From an uncultured virus (IMG/VR IMGVR_UViG_2875733747_000004) (taxonomy: Duplodnaviria; Heunggongvirae; Uroviricota; Caudoviricetes): a stretch of DNA of 64,000 nt. The notes below the pieces were generated by a model that worked only from the letters and a program-made list of their open reading frames with translations, had not been told where the DNA came from and did not search any database. The translations under genes were made by a program, and so were the position numbers. The DNA is taken from the IMG/VR virus record IMGVR_UViG_2875733747_000004; one strand, written 5' to 3'. Positions 38,569 to 48,814 of this stretch are shown here, piece after piece (within the stretch, counting starts at the first letter, position 1; each line of letters starts with the position of its first letter).

Positions 38569-41064
38569 TTACATCGCAAATTTTTCTTCTGCTTTAGAAC
38601 TTGCAGAATCTTCTTGTGTTCTAAATGCTTCAGTCATTTCCTCAAATGGACAATGTACAACCATTTTTCCAACACGTCCATAAAAATCACTGAATATACA
38701 TTGACCTTTCTTTAAATCTTTCAACATCTCCATATTTTCAGGAGATTCTTTTGAATATTCTAAGCCTAAAGATTTTAAAATATCCTCACGTTCATCTTTT
38801 TCATCAAATGCAAAATGACAACCAAAGTTACCACCATCATCATCTGCTTTATCTTTTACCGATTGTGTAATAAATACAAGTGAATTATTCTCAGAACGTC
38901 CCGTTCTTTTTATACGCTTACCAACTTTTTTACCTTGTCTTGAAGCACTAAAAGCCCAACCCTCATCAATAAATATAGTCGTTTGAACATCTCTACGAGA
39001 ACCGAATTTCTCTAAAAACTTACCAATTAATAACATTAATGTAATCCCATTTTTCTCACTTGTTGAATAACTTGATGTATCATCATCTGCTTTAGGCATA
39101 TCTAAACCTTTAACCTGTAAAATAGTTGCTTTTTCTTGAATATTTAAAGCTGGATTCGTACCATCACTAAAAACAAGTTTTAAAATATTGTTTTGCGTTT
39201 TTTCAAATAATAAATCGCCTGCATTTTTTACATGCTCATCTTCATTATTCTGTAATTTTTCAATTACATTTAATGAACCAACTTTTTTGCCATTTTCGCG
39301 TTCTTCAACCGTATCAGAAATAGCTTGATAAATTGCCGTTTCAATATGATGATAATTTTCAAAAGATTTAATTTCATCAAACACCGATTTCAACATTTCA
39401 TTGGCTTCAATACCATCTAAAAATACAATAGGGTCTAAACAACCATAATTGGTTGAATCTTCATAATTCAATGTTACATATTTAAATGTTTTTAAATGAT
39501 TAATAAATAGGGGATACTTTTGTTGCATTTCTTCACTTTCTGTTACTCTATCAAACCATTCTGCAAACTCAGATTTTGGATCCCAGTACAACATTTGACC
39601 TTTAAAGAATGATGTATAAATCCACAATAGTTTTGCTAAAAATGATTTACCTTTACCAGTTTGACCAGTAATTAATACATGCGGACTATCACTGACAGCC
39701 CCCTTAATACCTTTTGCTGCCAACAATAAACTAAATAAAATTATATCCCTTGAACTTGCAACAGCTTCCTCACGTGAAACAGAACGTATAAATTTATCAA
39801 TACGCCCTATATAAAAACCCGTTTTTGTTCCCAAACTTTGAGACACACCAAATAAATTCTCTGCTATACCTGTTGCCGTTGTTCTTTGTAACCAATACTT
39901 ATTAATAAATAAATCATTACCATGTAAACATTGATAAAACAATTGTAACTGGTCAGCTAATGGATTAACTGCATATATTTGAGTTTCCTTTAATCGTTTC
40001 ATCAAACGCTTTGCTTTACGTTTACAATCTCTATAATCATCACTTTTAATTACAAACATAAATACCCACTCAATAAATACACCTGAGCCAGTCACTTCTC
40101 GTTCCATTTGATTCAATACAAACAAATTATCTTGAACATCTTCCGAAGCACTGTCGCCAGTATCTTGCTTTTCTTTTGCTTGTTGTTTATGATTTATTTT
40201 CGCACGGTCAAATTTTTTCTTAACTTTCTCATTATTAATGATTTTTGCTTTTACATGGCATTCAACCGGAAAAGGCATATTTTGAGCTTTCTCAAATAAA
40301 TGTGTATATTCCATATCTAACGGAAAATCATCAACAACAACTGTTGTTGTATAAAATTTCTCGTTATCATTTTCAACTTCTAAAACACTCAAGCGAGTAG
40401 GGTCAATTACTGCATTATAAATATCTGTAATAGCTCTTCTTGAAGATTCTTCCTGTACGTCATGTGTTGCATTTGAAATAAAAGGCTTTCTAATAATATA
40501 AGCCAATTCATTCTCAGTTAAACGCTCGCCTCCAATACCTAGAAAACTATCAGCCAAATCTCGTTCAAATGTTTTATACTTATCTAAAATTTTATCGTCT
40601 AAATTCACATCAAAACCAAAATTCGAAACAATACGCTCAGCCGTATCTGATAATGTACTTTTTAAAATCTCTTTAAGTGTAACTGCATCGTCAGCTAATT
40701 CACGTATTTTAACACCCATAACAAAAGAATTATGCGTAATCATTTGTAATTCTTGTTCTAATACGTCAATAGTTTCTTTTGAATAATATTCAGCTACATT
40801 AAAAGCTTCATCATCAAAATCTTTACTAATTTCTTTAAATTTATTTCGCAAATCTAAATCATGGTCATACATTTCAAAATGAAAATCTTGATAACCTTTA
40901 ATCGACTCTAAAAAATAACGCATACGCTTTTTTGATTCTTCTTTTGCATCATAATTTGCTGTTGATATAGACTCAGAACGAACACGATAATACGCCCAAA
41001 CTTCGCCAGTTTTCGTTAATAACAAATTATCTCTTAAACCTGCATACGGTGCTTTTAAATTCAT
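38569..41064 (-). CDS. VirB4-like ATPase (TcpF/ConE)
   Basis: GQTGKGKS, DPKSE, IDEGW and TQS motifs. Confidence 0.92.
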   Translation of the reverse strand: MNLKAPYAGLRDNLLLTKTGEVWAYYRVRSESISTANYDAKEESKKRMRYFLESIKGYQDFHFEMYDHDLDLRNKFKEISKDFDDEAFNVAEYYSKETIDVLEQELQMITHNSFVMGVKIRELADDAVTLKEILKSTLSDTAERIVSNFGFDVNLDDKILDKYKTFERDLADSFLGIGGERLTENELAYIIRKPFISNATHDVQEESSRRAITDIYNAVIDPTRLSVLEVENDNEKFYTTTVVVDDFPLDMEYTHLFEKAQNMPFPVECHVKAKIINNEKVKKKFDRAKINHKQQAKEKQDTGDSASEDVQDNLFVLNQMEREVTGSGVFIEWVFMFVIKSDDYRDCKRKAKRLMKRLKETQIYAVNPLADQLQLFYQCLHGNDLFINKYWLQRTTATGIAENLFGVSQSLGTKTGFYIGRIDKFIRSVSREEAVASSRDIILFSLLLAAKGIKGAVSDSPHVLITGQTGKGKSFLAKLLWIYTSFFKGQMLYWDPKSEFAEWFDRVTESEEMQQKYPLFINHLKTFKYVTLNYEDSTNYGCLDPIVFLDGIEANEMLKSVFDEIKSFENYHHIETAIYQAISDTVEERENGKKVGSLNVIEKLQNNEDEHVKNAGDLLFEKTQNNILKLVFSDGTNPALNIQEKATILQVKGLDMPKADDDTSSYSTSEKNGITLMLLIGKFLEKFGSRRDVQTTIFIDEGWAFSASRQGKKVGKRIKRTGRSENNSLVFITQSVKDKADDDGGNFGCHFAFDEKDEREDILKSLGLEYSKESPENMEMLKDLKKGQCIFSDFYGRVGKMVVHCPFEEMTEAFRTQEDSASSKAEEKFAM

Positions 41065-41098
41065 GTCATCCCTCCAATAAAAATAACCCCAATAGGGG

Positions 41099-41482
41099 CT
41101 ATTTAAATGTTATTTTTTTATCATGATATTCTACTTCTTCATCATAACTTAATTTAACTTTTCTTAATTGCACATTAAAAACAAATATTACAAAATCCCA
41201 TAAGAAGAAAAATAATTTCTTTCCATCTTGTTTTAACTTAACAATATATTTCGTTATATAATAAGGTGCAACCGTAAAGTAAATAAACATAAGTCCACCA
41301 ATCGACATAATTACAGGCTGTAATAAATACCAAAATAACAAAAATAATATAAACCACACAATCAAAAATGTAGCCCAAAAATCTAAACGAAAACCCTTAT
41401 TAATACGAAACTTATCTGTAAATTCATACATAACTATCGGTTGTTCAAAAGTTCGCTTTAAATTATAAGCTTTTTTATCCAA
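41099..41482 (-). CDS. TcpE-family (VirB3-like) protein
   Basis: 2 TMs plus DGK motif, upstream of VirB4. Confidence 0.8.
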   Translation of the reverse strand: MDKKAYNLKRTFEQPIVMYEFTDKFRINKGFRLDFWATFLIVWFILFLLFWYLLQPVIMSIGGLMFIYFTVAPYYITKYIVKLKQDGKKLFFFLWDFVIFVFNVQLRKVKLSYDEEVEYHDKKITFK

Positions 41483-41493
41483 ATGGAATCACC

Positions 41494-41754
41494 TCAACCG
41501 CCAAAAATCATTTTCCAAACACCTGCAATCGCATTAAATACCTGTTCAGGACCTTTAGAAACTAAGAATAAAAAGCCACCAACAACAAATAATATAACCA
41601 TATGCCCATATTTACCACTAGCCCATTTTACAATACCAACAACCAATACTACTAAACCAATACCCGTACCTACTTCATTACTTATCCAGTCACCAACTCC
41701 ACCAAGTGATGGACGGTCAGCACCTAAAACAAAAAAATTAAATAAACCACTCAT
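41494..41754 (-). CDS. TcpD-like small membrane protein
   Basis: Hydrophobic, 86 aa, GGAGG RBS. Confidence 0.7.
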   Translation of the reverse strand: MSGLFNFFVLGADRPSLGGVGDWISNEVGTGIGLVVLVVGIVKWASGKYGHMVILFVVGGFLFLVSKGPEQVFNAIAGVWKMIFGG

Positions 41755-41758
41755 AACA

Positions 41759-42814
41759 TTAACCTCCAATAGAATTAGTCATATTTTTAACGTAATATTT
41801 ACCATCTTTTTTTGTTATATCTAATGTGTAATGCTCCAAATTCTCCAAAGGAGAATCTTTATCTTTCATCAAAATTTCAACTTTAGCAACATAATCATCG
41901 CCTTTTGGATATAACCTAATTTCTCTTATCTGAGAAACTTCTCTAGTTCCTTCTAAGCCCTCAGGGTTATCCATTAAATAGGCCATATCATCAGACTTAC
42001 TAGAAGCATATTTATTAAAGAAATCTTCAATAAAAGCTTTTGCTTTCGGATTGTCTTCCCGTTTATTGTCTTTCAAATTATCCTCAACCATTTTAGCTTT
42101 ATTCAATTGACTATCAGGGATTGGCGTAAAATAAGGATATTCAACAACAACATACTTATTATTTTCACTCTTAATAGGTATATTTATTAAAATGTTTTGA
42201 TTTACTTTACGTTGCTTTTCTTCTGTTTTTGTTTCATACTCATCTTTATCTTTTTCACTTTTCTTTTTCTTCTTAACTTTAACTTCTTTCTTTTCAGTAA
42301 TATTCACATCATAATTAACAATATACTGTATAATTGTTTGTTTATCTTTACGTTTAATATTATAAAATTCTTTACTATTCAATTTTCGTTCTGTATCTGA
42401 AATTTTTTCATCAGGTTTTTTATAATCTGATGGAAAATATTTCAACAATTCTTTTTCTCTAGATTCCAATTCTTTTGAATCTTTCGAGATATTCATATAC
42501 GTATCAATAAACTTATCAGCATATAACTTTAATTTAGGACTATACTGAACTGTATTCGCATTATCTTCATACTTTTTTTGAATCATATTCGTTTTATTAA
42601 CTGCTTCTTTACTGTCATTATTTGCTCTTGTAGCTTTAATAAAAGAAGCTAATAAAAGAATTAACAAAATAGCTAATAATGAGTAAAAACAAATTACAAT
42701 CATCTTACGACGATTTTTAAATTTTGGAATTACTCGGCGTTGTTCTTTAGGAATATCAAAATGCTTTCCGTTTTTAGAAAATCGTGTTAAAATGTACTTG
42801 CTTATTATTTTCAT
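41759..42814 (-). CDS. TcpC-like (VirB8-like) conjugal transfer protein
   Basis: TM plus two NTF2-like halves (FIEDFFNKY); start uncertain (ORF open to 42859). Confidence 0.8.
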   Translation of the reverse strand: MKIISKYILTRFSKNGKHFDIPKEQRRVIPKFKNRRKMIVICFYSLLAILLILLLASFIKATRANNDSKEAVNKTNMIQKKYEDNANTVQYSPKLKLYADKFIDTYMNISKDSKELESREKELLKYFPSDYKKPDEKISDTERKLNSKEFYNIKRKDKQTIIQYIVNYDVNITEKKEVKVKKKKKSEKDKDEYETKTEEKQRKVNQNILINIPIKSENNKYVVVEYPYFTPIPDSQLNKAKMVEDNLKDNKREDNPKAKAFIEDFFNKYASSKSDDMAYLMDNPEGLEGTREVSQIREIRLYPKGDDYVAKVEILMKDKDSPLENLEHYTLDITKKDGKYYVKNMTNSIGG

Positions 42815-42874
42815 AAACGATTTTCTAAAATCCTTTACGAAATTTTTAATAAAAATCACATCCCAGTTATTTTT

Positions 42875-43966
42875 TTAACACTTATCTTTTGATAAGTGCT
42901 TTTTTTGTTTTAAAGCCTCCAAATAATGATTAATTCTATTCGTATGCTCATCATTAAATTGTGAATGCGCTAAAATTTTATCTAAAAAATCAGTATCTGT
43001 AAGCAACCCCTCAGATTGCGCCATACTTTCGGCAGTTAACACTGTATCTAAAGTAGTAGCAACTTGTTTACATAACCAATCAAGATTATCCTCAATGGAC
43101 TTTAATGTTGGTCTAGTAGTTAAATTCAATTTTTCAGTATCTTTAATAAATAACGCCCAAGGTCTATATAATGGCCACCGCTTACGATTTTTATCATTTC
43201 CATCTTTAGGAGGAGAGATAAAACGCAAATTATTATGCAATATAGACTTTACAATTTCGCTTATATTATCTGTTCTACTCAACACTTTCGCACAATTAAC
43301 TGCATATGCCTTTCGCATTTGTATTTCATAACGATTCCATAACCCAATGTCTTCGACATCACAATGACGTTTAAACGCTTGTTCATAATTCTTTTCATAA
43401 AAACGACAATATAAATTGCTTTGTTTAGAACCAATATAAAAAGTAGCGCCTTTACTTCTTCCGTCTGACAAATTAAAACCGTTTATTGCGCTTCCAGCTC
43501 TAAAACGTGAAACACACTCAGCTTTTTCAGCCTTTTTAATTAATAAAGGCACTTTTAAATATGTTTTATAATCATCAATTGCAATATCAATTCTTGTAAA
43601 ATTTGCATTAACTGATAAACATTTATCAAAAAAATCTTGCCAAGTTTTATTCAACTGTTGTAAATGATGTTCAAACTCTCTACAACCTGTACCAGTTAAC
43701 TGTAAGTGAATGCCCATTGATTCATCATCACTTGAATAATACAATTTAATGTTTGAAAATTCATAACCACGATTATAAAAGTAAATGCCACTATTTCGTT
43801 TTTTGAACAACGTTATAGGCAAACCGATAACGTCCTCAATCACTGCTGAAATAGGGGCTATATGGAAAGTGACCTGAACCCAGTCAACAACTGCCTCCAC
43901 GGCACTTTTATTTGTACGCTCTACCCCCCTATTAGTAAGGGGGGTACACTGGCTTTTTAAAGTCAT
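42875..43966 (-). CDS. MOBT relaxase / Rep_trans replication initiator (NicK/Orf20-like)
   Basis: TRIDIAIDD, TFYIGS, RFYEKN and RYE motifs. Confidence 0.92.
   Translation of the reverse strand: MTLKSQCTPLTNRGVERTNKSAVEAVVDWVQVTFHIAPISAVIEDVIGLPITLFKKRNSGIYFYNRGYEFSNIKLYYSSDDESMGIHLQLTGTGCREFEHHLQQLNKTWQDFFDKCLSVNANFTRIDIAIDDYKTYLKVPLLIKKAEKAECVSRFRAGSAINGFNLSDGRSKGATFYIGSKQSNLYCRFYEKNYEQAFKRHCDVEDIGLWNRYEIQMRKAYAVNCAKVLSRTDNISEIVKSILHNNLRFISPPKDGNDKNRKRWPLYRPWALFIKDTEKLNLTTRPTLKSIEDNLDWLCKQVATTLDTVLTAESMAQSEGLLTDTDFLDKILAHSQFNDEHTNRINHYLEALKQKKHLSKDKC
43923..43945 (-). other. oriT nic hairpin (ICEBs1/Tn916 type)
   Basis: ACCCCCCT-TACTAAT-AGGGGGGT with CTAA in the loop, inside the 5' end of the relaxase gene. 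Confidence 0.85.
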
Positions 43967-44006
43967 ATTTATTTATGCCTCCTATCAAATCGCAAGCGAT
44001 TTGATA

Positions 44007-44119
44007 CATGACCGTTCTTGCTTTCTTAACGCGTATTTGTCGCAGGCTCCGCCCAAATGCTTAACGCACTCCGTGCTTGCATTTCTGCGCCTGCATACGC
44101 TAAAAGCTACACGGTCATG
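44007..44119 (-). other. Long nested palindrome, candidate single-strand origin
   Basis: CATGACCGT/ACGGTCATG enclosing GCGTAT/ATACGC, GCAGGC/GCCTGC, AAATGC/GCATTT; TAGCGT on the minus strand. Confidence 0.5.
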
Positions 44120-44140
44120 TTAAATCACTAATACTATATG

Positions 44141-44443
44141 TTAAACATCAATATCGCCAATATAAATACAATCTTCCAAATTCACTTGTAGCATTCTGCC
44201 ATGTCCTGCTTCACTCAAGCTCATACACAATAGACAAAGGTCAGCGTAAATTTTAGGCCGACCTTTTACCGTATTTTCTTTAACGTAACTATCATTAAAT
44301 TTAGACTGTATTTCTTTAGCTAAAGTCATTAATGAAACTTTATCGCCCCAATTTATACGACTAGCAACATAGTTTAAAATAGGTTCACTCAAATTTGAAC
44401 TATTTGTGTAGCGATATAATCTATCTGCTGTATAATAATCCAT
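44141..44443 (-). CDS. ICE hypothetical protein
   Basis: ORF track with AGGTG RBS. Confidence 0.7.
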   Translation of the reverse strand: MDYYTADRLYRYTNSSNLSEPILNYVASRINWGDKVSLMTLAKEIQSKFNDSYVKENTVKGRPKIYADLCLLCMSLSEAGHGRMLQVNLEDCIYIGDIDV

Positions 44444-44456
44444 TTACATCACCTAA

Positions 44457-44777
44457 TTATTTTTGTTTAAGTGCACTATTAGAACCAACTACTTTAATAT
44501 CTTCTGCATTCCAGCTATATGCGATAGTTCCAAAATCGCCTGACATTTGAACATACATTTTAACGTCTGGTTCAACTAATTCGCATTCTTGTAAATAGTT
44601 TAATTCTACTTTATTAGGCGTTTTAACAGTGATTTGTTCGCCTTGCTCTTGACTCGCTAATTTATATGCATAAACAGTTTTATCAGTACGCTCTCCATTT
44701 TCATATTTATATTTTTCATCTACACCTAAAAAGTTTAATTGTCCTAAAGTTTTTTTAATATCCAATACTGGTTTCAT
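44457..44777 (-). CDS. DUF961/HelP-like OB-fold helicase processivity factor
   Basis: Size, position upstream of relaxase, QITVK...AEDI pattern. Confidence 0.7.
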   Translation of the reverse strand: MKPVLDIKKTLGQLNFLGVDEKYKYENGERTDKTVYAYKLASQEQGEQITVKTPNKVELNYLQECELVEPDVKMYVQMSGDFGTIAYSWNAEDIKVVGSNSALKQK

Positions 44778-44927
44778 AATATATCCATCCTTTACAAAAT
44801 TTTTAATAAAATTAAACGACTTCTAAAGGGTCGCACGAATAGGAATAACTCCCGCAAATCCGTACCACTGCATTTTTGATAATGGAGTGTCTATGCTTCT
44901 CCTGACCTATCATATTTTTAATCAAAC

Positions 44928-45212
44928 CTATCGGTTCATCACCTCAAAAAATTCTAAGTCTTCAATTGAAATATGATACATCTTACAAATAAATGTATTA
45001 GACACACCATATTGTTTTAAAAATTTATAATCCTTATAAGTAAATCGATAATCATTCTTTTTTGCCATTTCACAAACTTCTAATATACGAAAATATGCAA
45101 AATTATACATTTTACAAATTTTTCTTTTAGAAATACCATGAAATCTTAAAATTACAAATTTAAGATAATTTAATTGATTTGAACCATCAAAAAAAGGTGT
45201 AAACTCAGTCAT
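44928..45212 (-). CDS. ICE first gene; small protein with a duplicated HTH-like motif
   Basis: GISKRKICKMYNF / GVSNTFICKMYHI internal repeat; AAAGGA RBS. Confidence 0.65.
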   Translation of the reverse strand: MTEFTPFFDGSNQLNYLKFVILRFHGISKRKICKMYNFAYFRILEVCEMAKKNDYRFTYKDYKFLKQYGVSNTFICKMYHISIEDLEFFEVMNR

Positions 45213-45264
45213 AATTATCAATTCCTTTCATAAGAATTAACTGTTAACTAGAGTTTACACCACC

Positions 45265-45695
45265 ATAGATTTAAACCTTTGACTCTTAGGACTTTTAAAT
45301 GTAGACAGTTCATCAATTACAACCATATCAAATGGCCATTCTTTTTTATATTGATCGCATAACCATTTAGTATTTTCTTTATTGGTTACATAGATATCAG
45401 CCTCTGTGTTTAATGCATCATTTCTTTCTTTAGGTGTTCCTAAGACTAAAGACACTTTCAGATGATTTAAATGGTTCCACTTATCAACTTCATCAACCCA
45501 TGTATCTTTAGCAACTTGTTTAGGTGCTATGACTAACATTTTTTTAGTGTCTAACAACTGCAATTCACTAAATGCTGTAAGTGTTGATACTGTTTTCCCT
45601 AGCCCCATATCTAAAAACAAACCGTATTTCTCATTATCAATAACTTTATCTATTGCATACTTTTGATAGCTATGTGGTTTGAAGTCAATCGCCAA
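45265..45695 (-). pseudogene. SNF2 helicase, 5' part (interrupted by ICE)
   Basis: DMGLGKT Walker A and VIDE Walker B; reads into the ICE end (SMVV*). Confidence 0.93.
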
Positions 45696-45975
45696 ATGTT
45701 CCACCTACCATTCTGATAAAAGTATTTACTTGTTCTTTATTCCATAACACATATACTTTATGATCTCTATTTTCAAATTGTCTATGCACATATTTTTGTA
45801 AAGGATGCAACTTTCCTTTTTCTTGCTTCATTTCTACAAAATATGTTTTTCCTTCTGGCATAATAATAATTCTATCTGGCACACCTCTTGTTCCAGGTGC
45901 GACCCATTTTAAACATAAACCGTTTAGCTTTGTTATCTCTTTCACTAAATATTTTTCTAATGTCGATTCTTTCAT
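45685..45975 (-). CDS. VRR-NUC nuclease
   Basis: GVPD...FVEMK...LQ motif. Confidence 0.9.
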   Translation of the reverse strand: MKESTLEKYLVKEITKLNGLCLKWVAPGTRGVPDRIIIMPEGKTYFVEMKQEKGKLHPLQKYVHRQFENRDHKVYVLWNKEQVNTFIRMVGGTFGD

Positions 45976-46014
45976 TTATTCACCTTGTATACAAAATTTA
46001 TATTTGTGTTCCGA

Positions 46015-46286
46015 TGTTGTATCAATTCTTGCCAAACTTTTAAAAATAGCTGTTAGAGGGTTACCCCTATACCCCTTTACTCCCTAACACTACTTTTTAA
46101 ACTTTATAGTGAATTTGATGCAACATTGGAAACAAACAGGGTTGAACCCTACAGCTAGAAAGGAAAGAGGTGTTGTATCATTTGTTGCATCAATGTTGCA
46201 TCACCAAAAATGATACAACACCTACGATTACTTTTTACACTCCCGTGTTGCATCACTCAAAAAATGATGCAACATCTGATACAACA
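46015..46286. repeat. Nine TGTTGYATCA repeats, candidate phage replication origin
   Basis: Forward at 46015, 46171, 46183, 46194, 46246; reverse at 46116, 46211, 46265, 46277. Confidence 0.7.
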
Positions 46287-46315
46287 CTCTAAAATGCATA
46301 TTTATTCAATATTTC

Positions 46316-48763
46316 TTATATTAAATCCTCTAAACTTTCATCTCTTACATAAGCTATCTGTACACCATAATCTTTTCCAAATCGAATTTTCCCACTTTTA
46401 TTACCATCATATACAGACCAATTGTCTAATTGTCTTAAGATGTTTGAAATCTTTCTAATTTCCATAGATCCTCTACTATCTCCCTTATCTTTACCAAAAC
46501 ATTCAACAAACACTTCAAGCGCACAGACTTTATTTCTTTTAACGTAATCTACATTTCCTGTTGGTAACATATCAACATCACCTTGATAAAATCGTCTTCG
46601 TTCAAAGATAGTTAAGTCATCCCAATTGCTAGGAATTGGTGTGTTAAGATATTCATCAATAATGCCTGTATATGGAGATTCCTCAGTATGTTTGCTTTGT
46701 ATTGAACGCATTTCTTCTTCTAGTTCAGGGTTAAGGAATAAATCTTCTCCTTGTTCATAATAGTGTTTAGCTTCTGCCCAAATTTGGTCAATCTCATCTT
46801 TGGTTAGTTTAGACCAGTTCACTTCAACTCTCTCTGGATTTACAGTCATTGGCCAAAAACGTCTTCCACCAGTTTCATCTCTTAAGAAATCAACTTTATT
46901 AGTTGTACCAATGAAAATACATTGCCTTGGAAAATCTTCAATATAATGCCCATAAGCAACACGAAATCGGTCAACTTGTTTAGATATGAAATGCTTAATA
47001 GCTTCAACTTCAGCTTTTCTTGTAGCTGCAAGTTCTGCCATTTCCATTAGCCAAACGCCTTGTAAGGCCTCATAAGCTTCTTTACCTGTAACAGAAACTA
47101 AACTGTCAGAAAACCATGCACCACCTAATTTTTTTAGCAAAGCAGATTTACCTACACCTTGAGGACCATAAAGTGTAAGCATATAGTCAAATTTACATCC
47201 AGGCTCCATTACTCTAGCGATTCCAGCAGTCAATGCTTTTTTGGTAGTTGTTCTATTCACTTCAGTGTCTTCAACACCTAAGTATTTGATAAATAACTTT
47301 TCAAGGCGTTTATGTCCATCCCACGATATTTTATTTAGATAATCCCTTACTGGATGATAAGCATTTTGCATTGCTACGCTTATAATGGCATCTTTTGTTT
47401 TACCTGAATGGTGTATGTCATAAATCTTTTCGATATAACTTCTTAAACTGCTATCATCACCGTCTTGCCATTGACGTGTCTTAAAATTAGTATTCCATGG
47501 CACTTTCCCTAAACATTCAATTTGTTTCGTAAATTCGTTAAAGGCTATTTTTCCTTTTAAATTTGGATCATTACGCAATATAATTTCTATATTTGGGATA
47601 CTAGCTTTGAAAGTACCTTTCGAAGTAATTTCTAACGTCTCAGACCATGCATCATCGCTATTTTCTATTTCATCGAAATCCTGCATTGCATCAGACATTT
47701 TGTCATTAATTAATTGCTTTTTAACAACCTCATCATTTTGCGCTCTTTGCTGCATTGCTTTATAACTAGGTAGTCGATTAACCGGAGTATCTGTTTTAGT
47801 TTCTTCATCTTGAGCACCATATAAGTGTATGCGTACTAAATCAAAACTGTTCACAAGCATACCGCTTACGGGATCCGTATTATGATGAGAATAGGCAAAC
47901 TTGTTATTTTCGTATAACACCAATCCACCTGCAGTTGAACCTTCATGATAGGTATAACGGTTAGTAGAATGTTTTTCGTATAAATCAGGAATAAAAGTTT
48001 CTATAGCTTCTTCTATCGTATAGGCTCTACAAAATGCACCAACAATTCCCGACTTTTCTTCTGGGTCGCCTTGCTTATCTGCTAATCTTTTAGTCTTACT
48101 CTCTTCCCTTGAAGACGTTGGCCATTCTAATGTGTCAGTCCAATCAACATATTCATTTAATATTTTATCTGGGTCTAACAAAGGTAAATCTTCATAGGTA
48201 AAGAAAAATTCCGCATCGTTACTAGTTGAAGGCCAATACATTAACCTATGTGGTTGATAAGTTGTATCATCGAAGTAATCCATGCCAACGATATCTGCGA
48301 CTTTACGCCCAATAGCTTCATACTCATCTGCATTTACATTTCGTTTTAAAGGAATCACTAAACGCAGTCTTGGACTTATCTCTCTATGCTTATGTGTTGA
48401 ATATAAACAATATGCAAAATCATAAAACATAGATAATATGTCAGTCATATCTTGGGCTGCATAATCGATATCAAGTGTTAGCATTGAACGATTCATGACT
48501 TGACCAGCACGCCGTTTGCCTTCTTTTAAATATCCACCGACAAATCCGCCAACATCTTTTATATCGGCTTGTTCAGACTTAGACATTTTATTGTACTCAG
48601 TTAAATCTTCTTTAGTTCTAACTGTTTGTGCTAGCTTCTGCATAAAGTCAGACCAAGCCATATTGTGATTAGTCCAATGTGTAGATAAACGACTAGCAGC
48701 ATAAGAATATGAGACATCACGATCATATTTAATTGTTTCTATTTGAGTGACTTTGTCTAACAT
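46316..48763 (-). CDS. Primase-helicase (virulence-associated E family)
   Basis: LDID primase motif; GPQGVGKS; GTTN...GGRRF. Confidence 0.9.
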   Translation of the reverse strand: MLDKVTQIETIKYDRDVSYSYAASRLSTHWTNHNMAWSDFMQKLAQTVRTKEDLTEYNKMSKSEQADIKDVGGFVGGYLKEGKRRAGQVMNRSMLTLDIDYAAQDMTDILSMFYDFAYCLYSTHKHREISPRLRLVIPLKRNVNADEYEAIGRKVADIVGMDYFDDTTYQPHRLMYWPSTSNDAEFFFTYEDLPLLDPDKILNEYVDWTDTLEWPTSSREESKTKRLADKQGDPEEKSGIVGAFCRAYTIEEAIETFIPDLYEKHSTNRYTYHEGSTAGGLVLYENNKFAYSHHNTDPVSGMLVNSFDLVRIHLYGAQDEETKTDTPVNRLPSYKAMQQRAQNDEVVKKQLINDKMSDAMQDFDEIENSDDAWSETLEITSKGTFKASIPNIEIILRNDPNLKGKIAFNEFTKQIECLGKVPWNTNFKTRQWQDGDDSSLRSYIEKIYDIHHSGKTKDAIISVAMQNAYHPVRDYLNKISWDGHKRLEKLFIKYLGVEDTEVNRTTTKKALTAGIARVMEPGCKFDYMLTLYGPQGVGKSALLKKLGGAWFSDSLVSVTGKEAYEALQGVWLMEMAELAATRKAEVEAIKHFISKQVDRFRVAYGHYIEDFPRQCIFIGTTNKVDFLRDETGGRRFWPMTVNPERVEVNWSKLTKDEIDQIWAEAKHYYEQGEDLFLNPELEEEMRSIQSKHTEESPYTGIIDEYLNTPIPSNWDDLTIFERRRFYQGDVDMLPTGNVDYVKRNKVCALEVFVECFGKDKGDSRGSMEIRKISNILRQLDNWSVYDGNKSGKIRFGKDYGVQIAYVRDESLEDLI

Positions 48764-48814
48764 GTTCGGCTCCTTTCATTATTTTAGATAGAGCAGAGAA
48801 GCCAACGCCTCTCT

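Larger units (their letters stand above)
30734..45264 (-). mobile_element. ICE6013-family integrative conjugative element (14,531 bp)
   Basis: ATA duplicated at 30731-33 and 45265-67; imperfect 8-bp IR GGCAGTGT/ACACCACC; IS30-like transposase, Tcp-like T4SS and MOBT relaxase. Confidence 0.95.

Noticed and set aside
46015..46286. CRISPR-like array, and the 82-aa ORF 46210-46458
   Set aside because: Repeats are 10 bp, irregularly spaced and in both orientations; the ORF is a by-product of the repeats.
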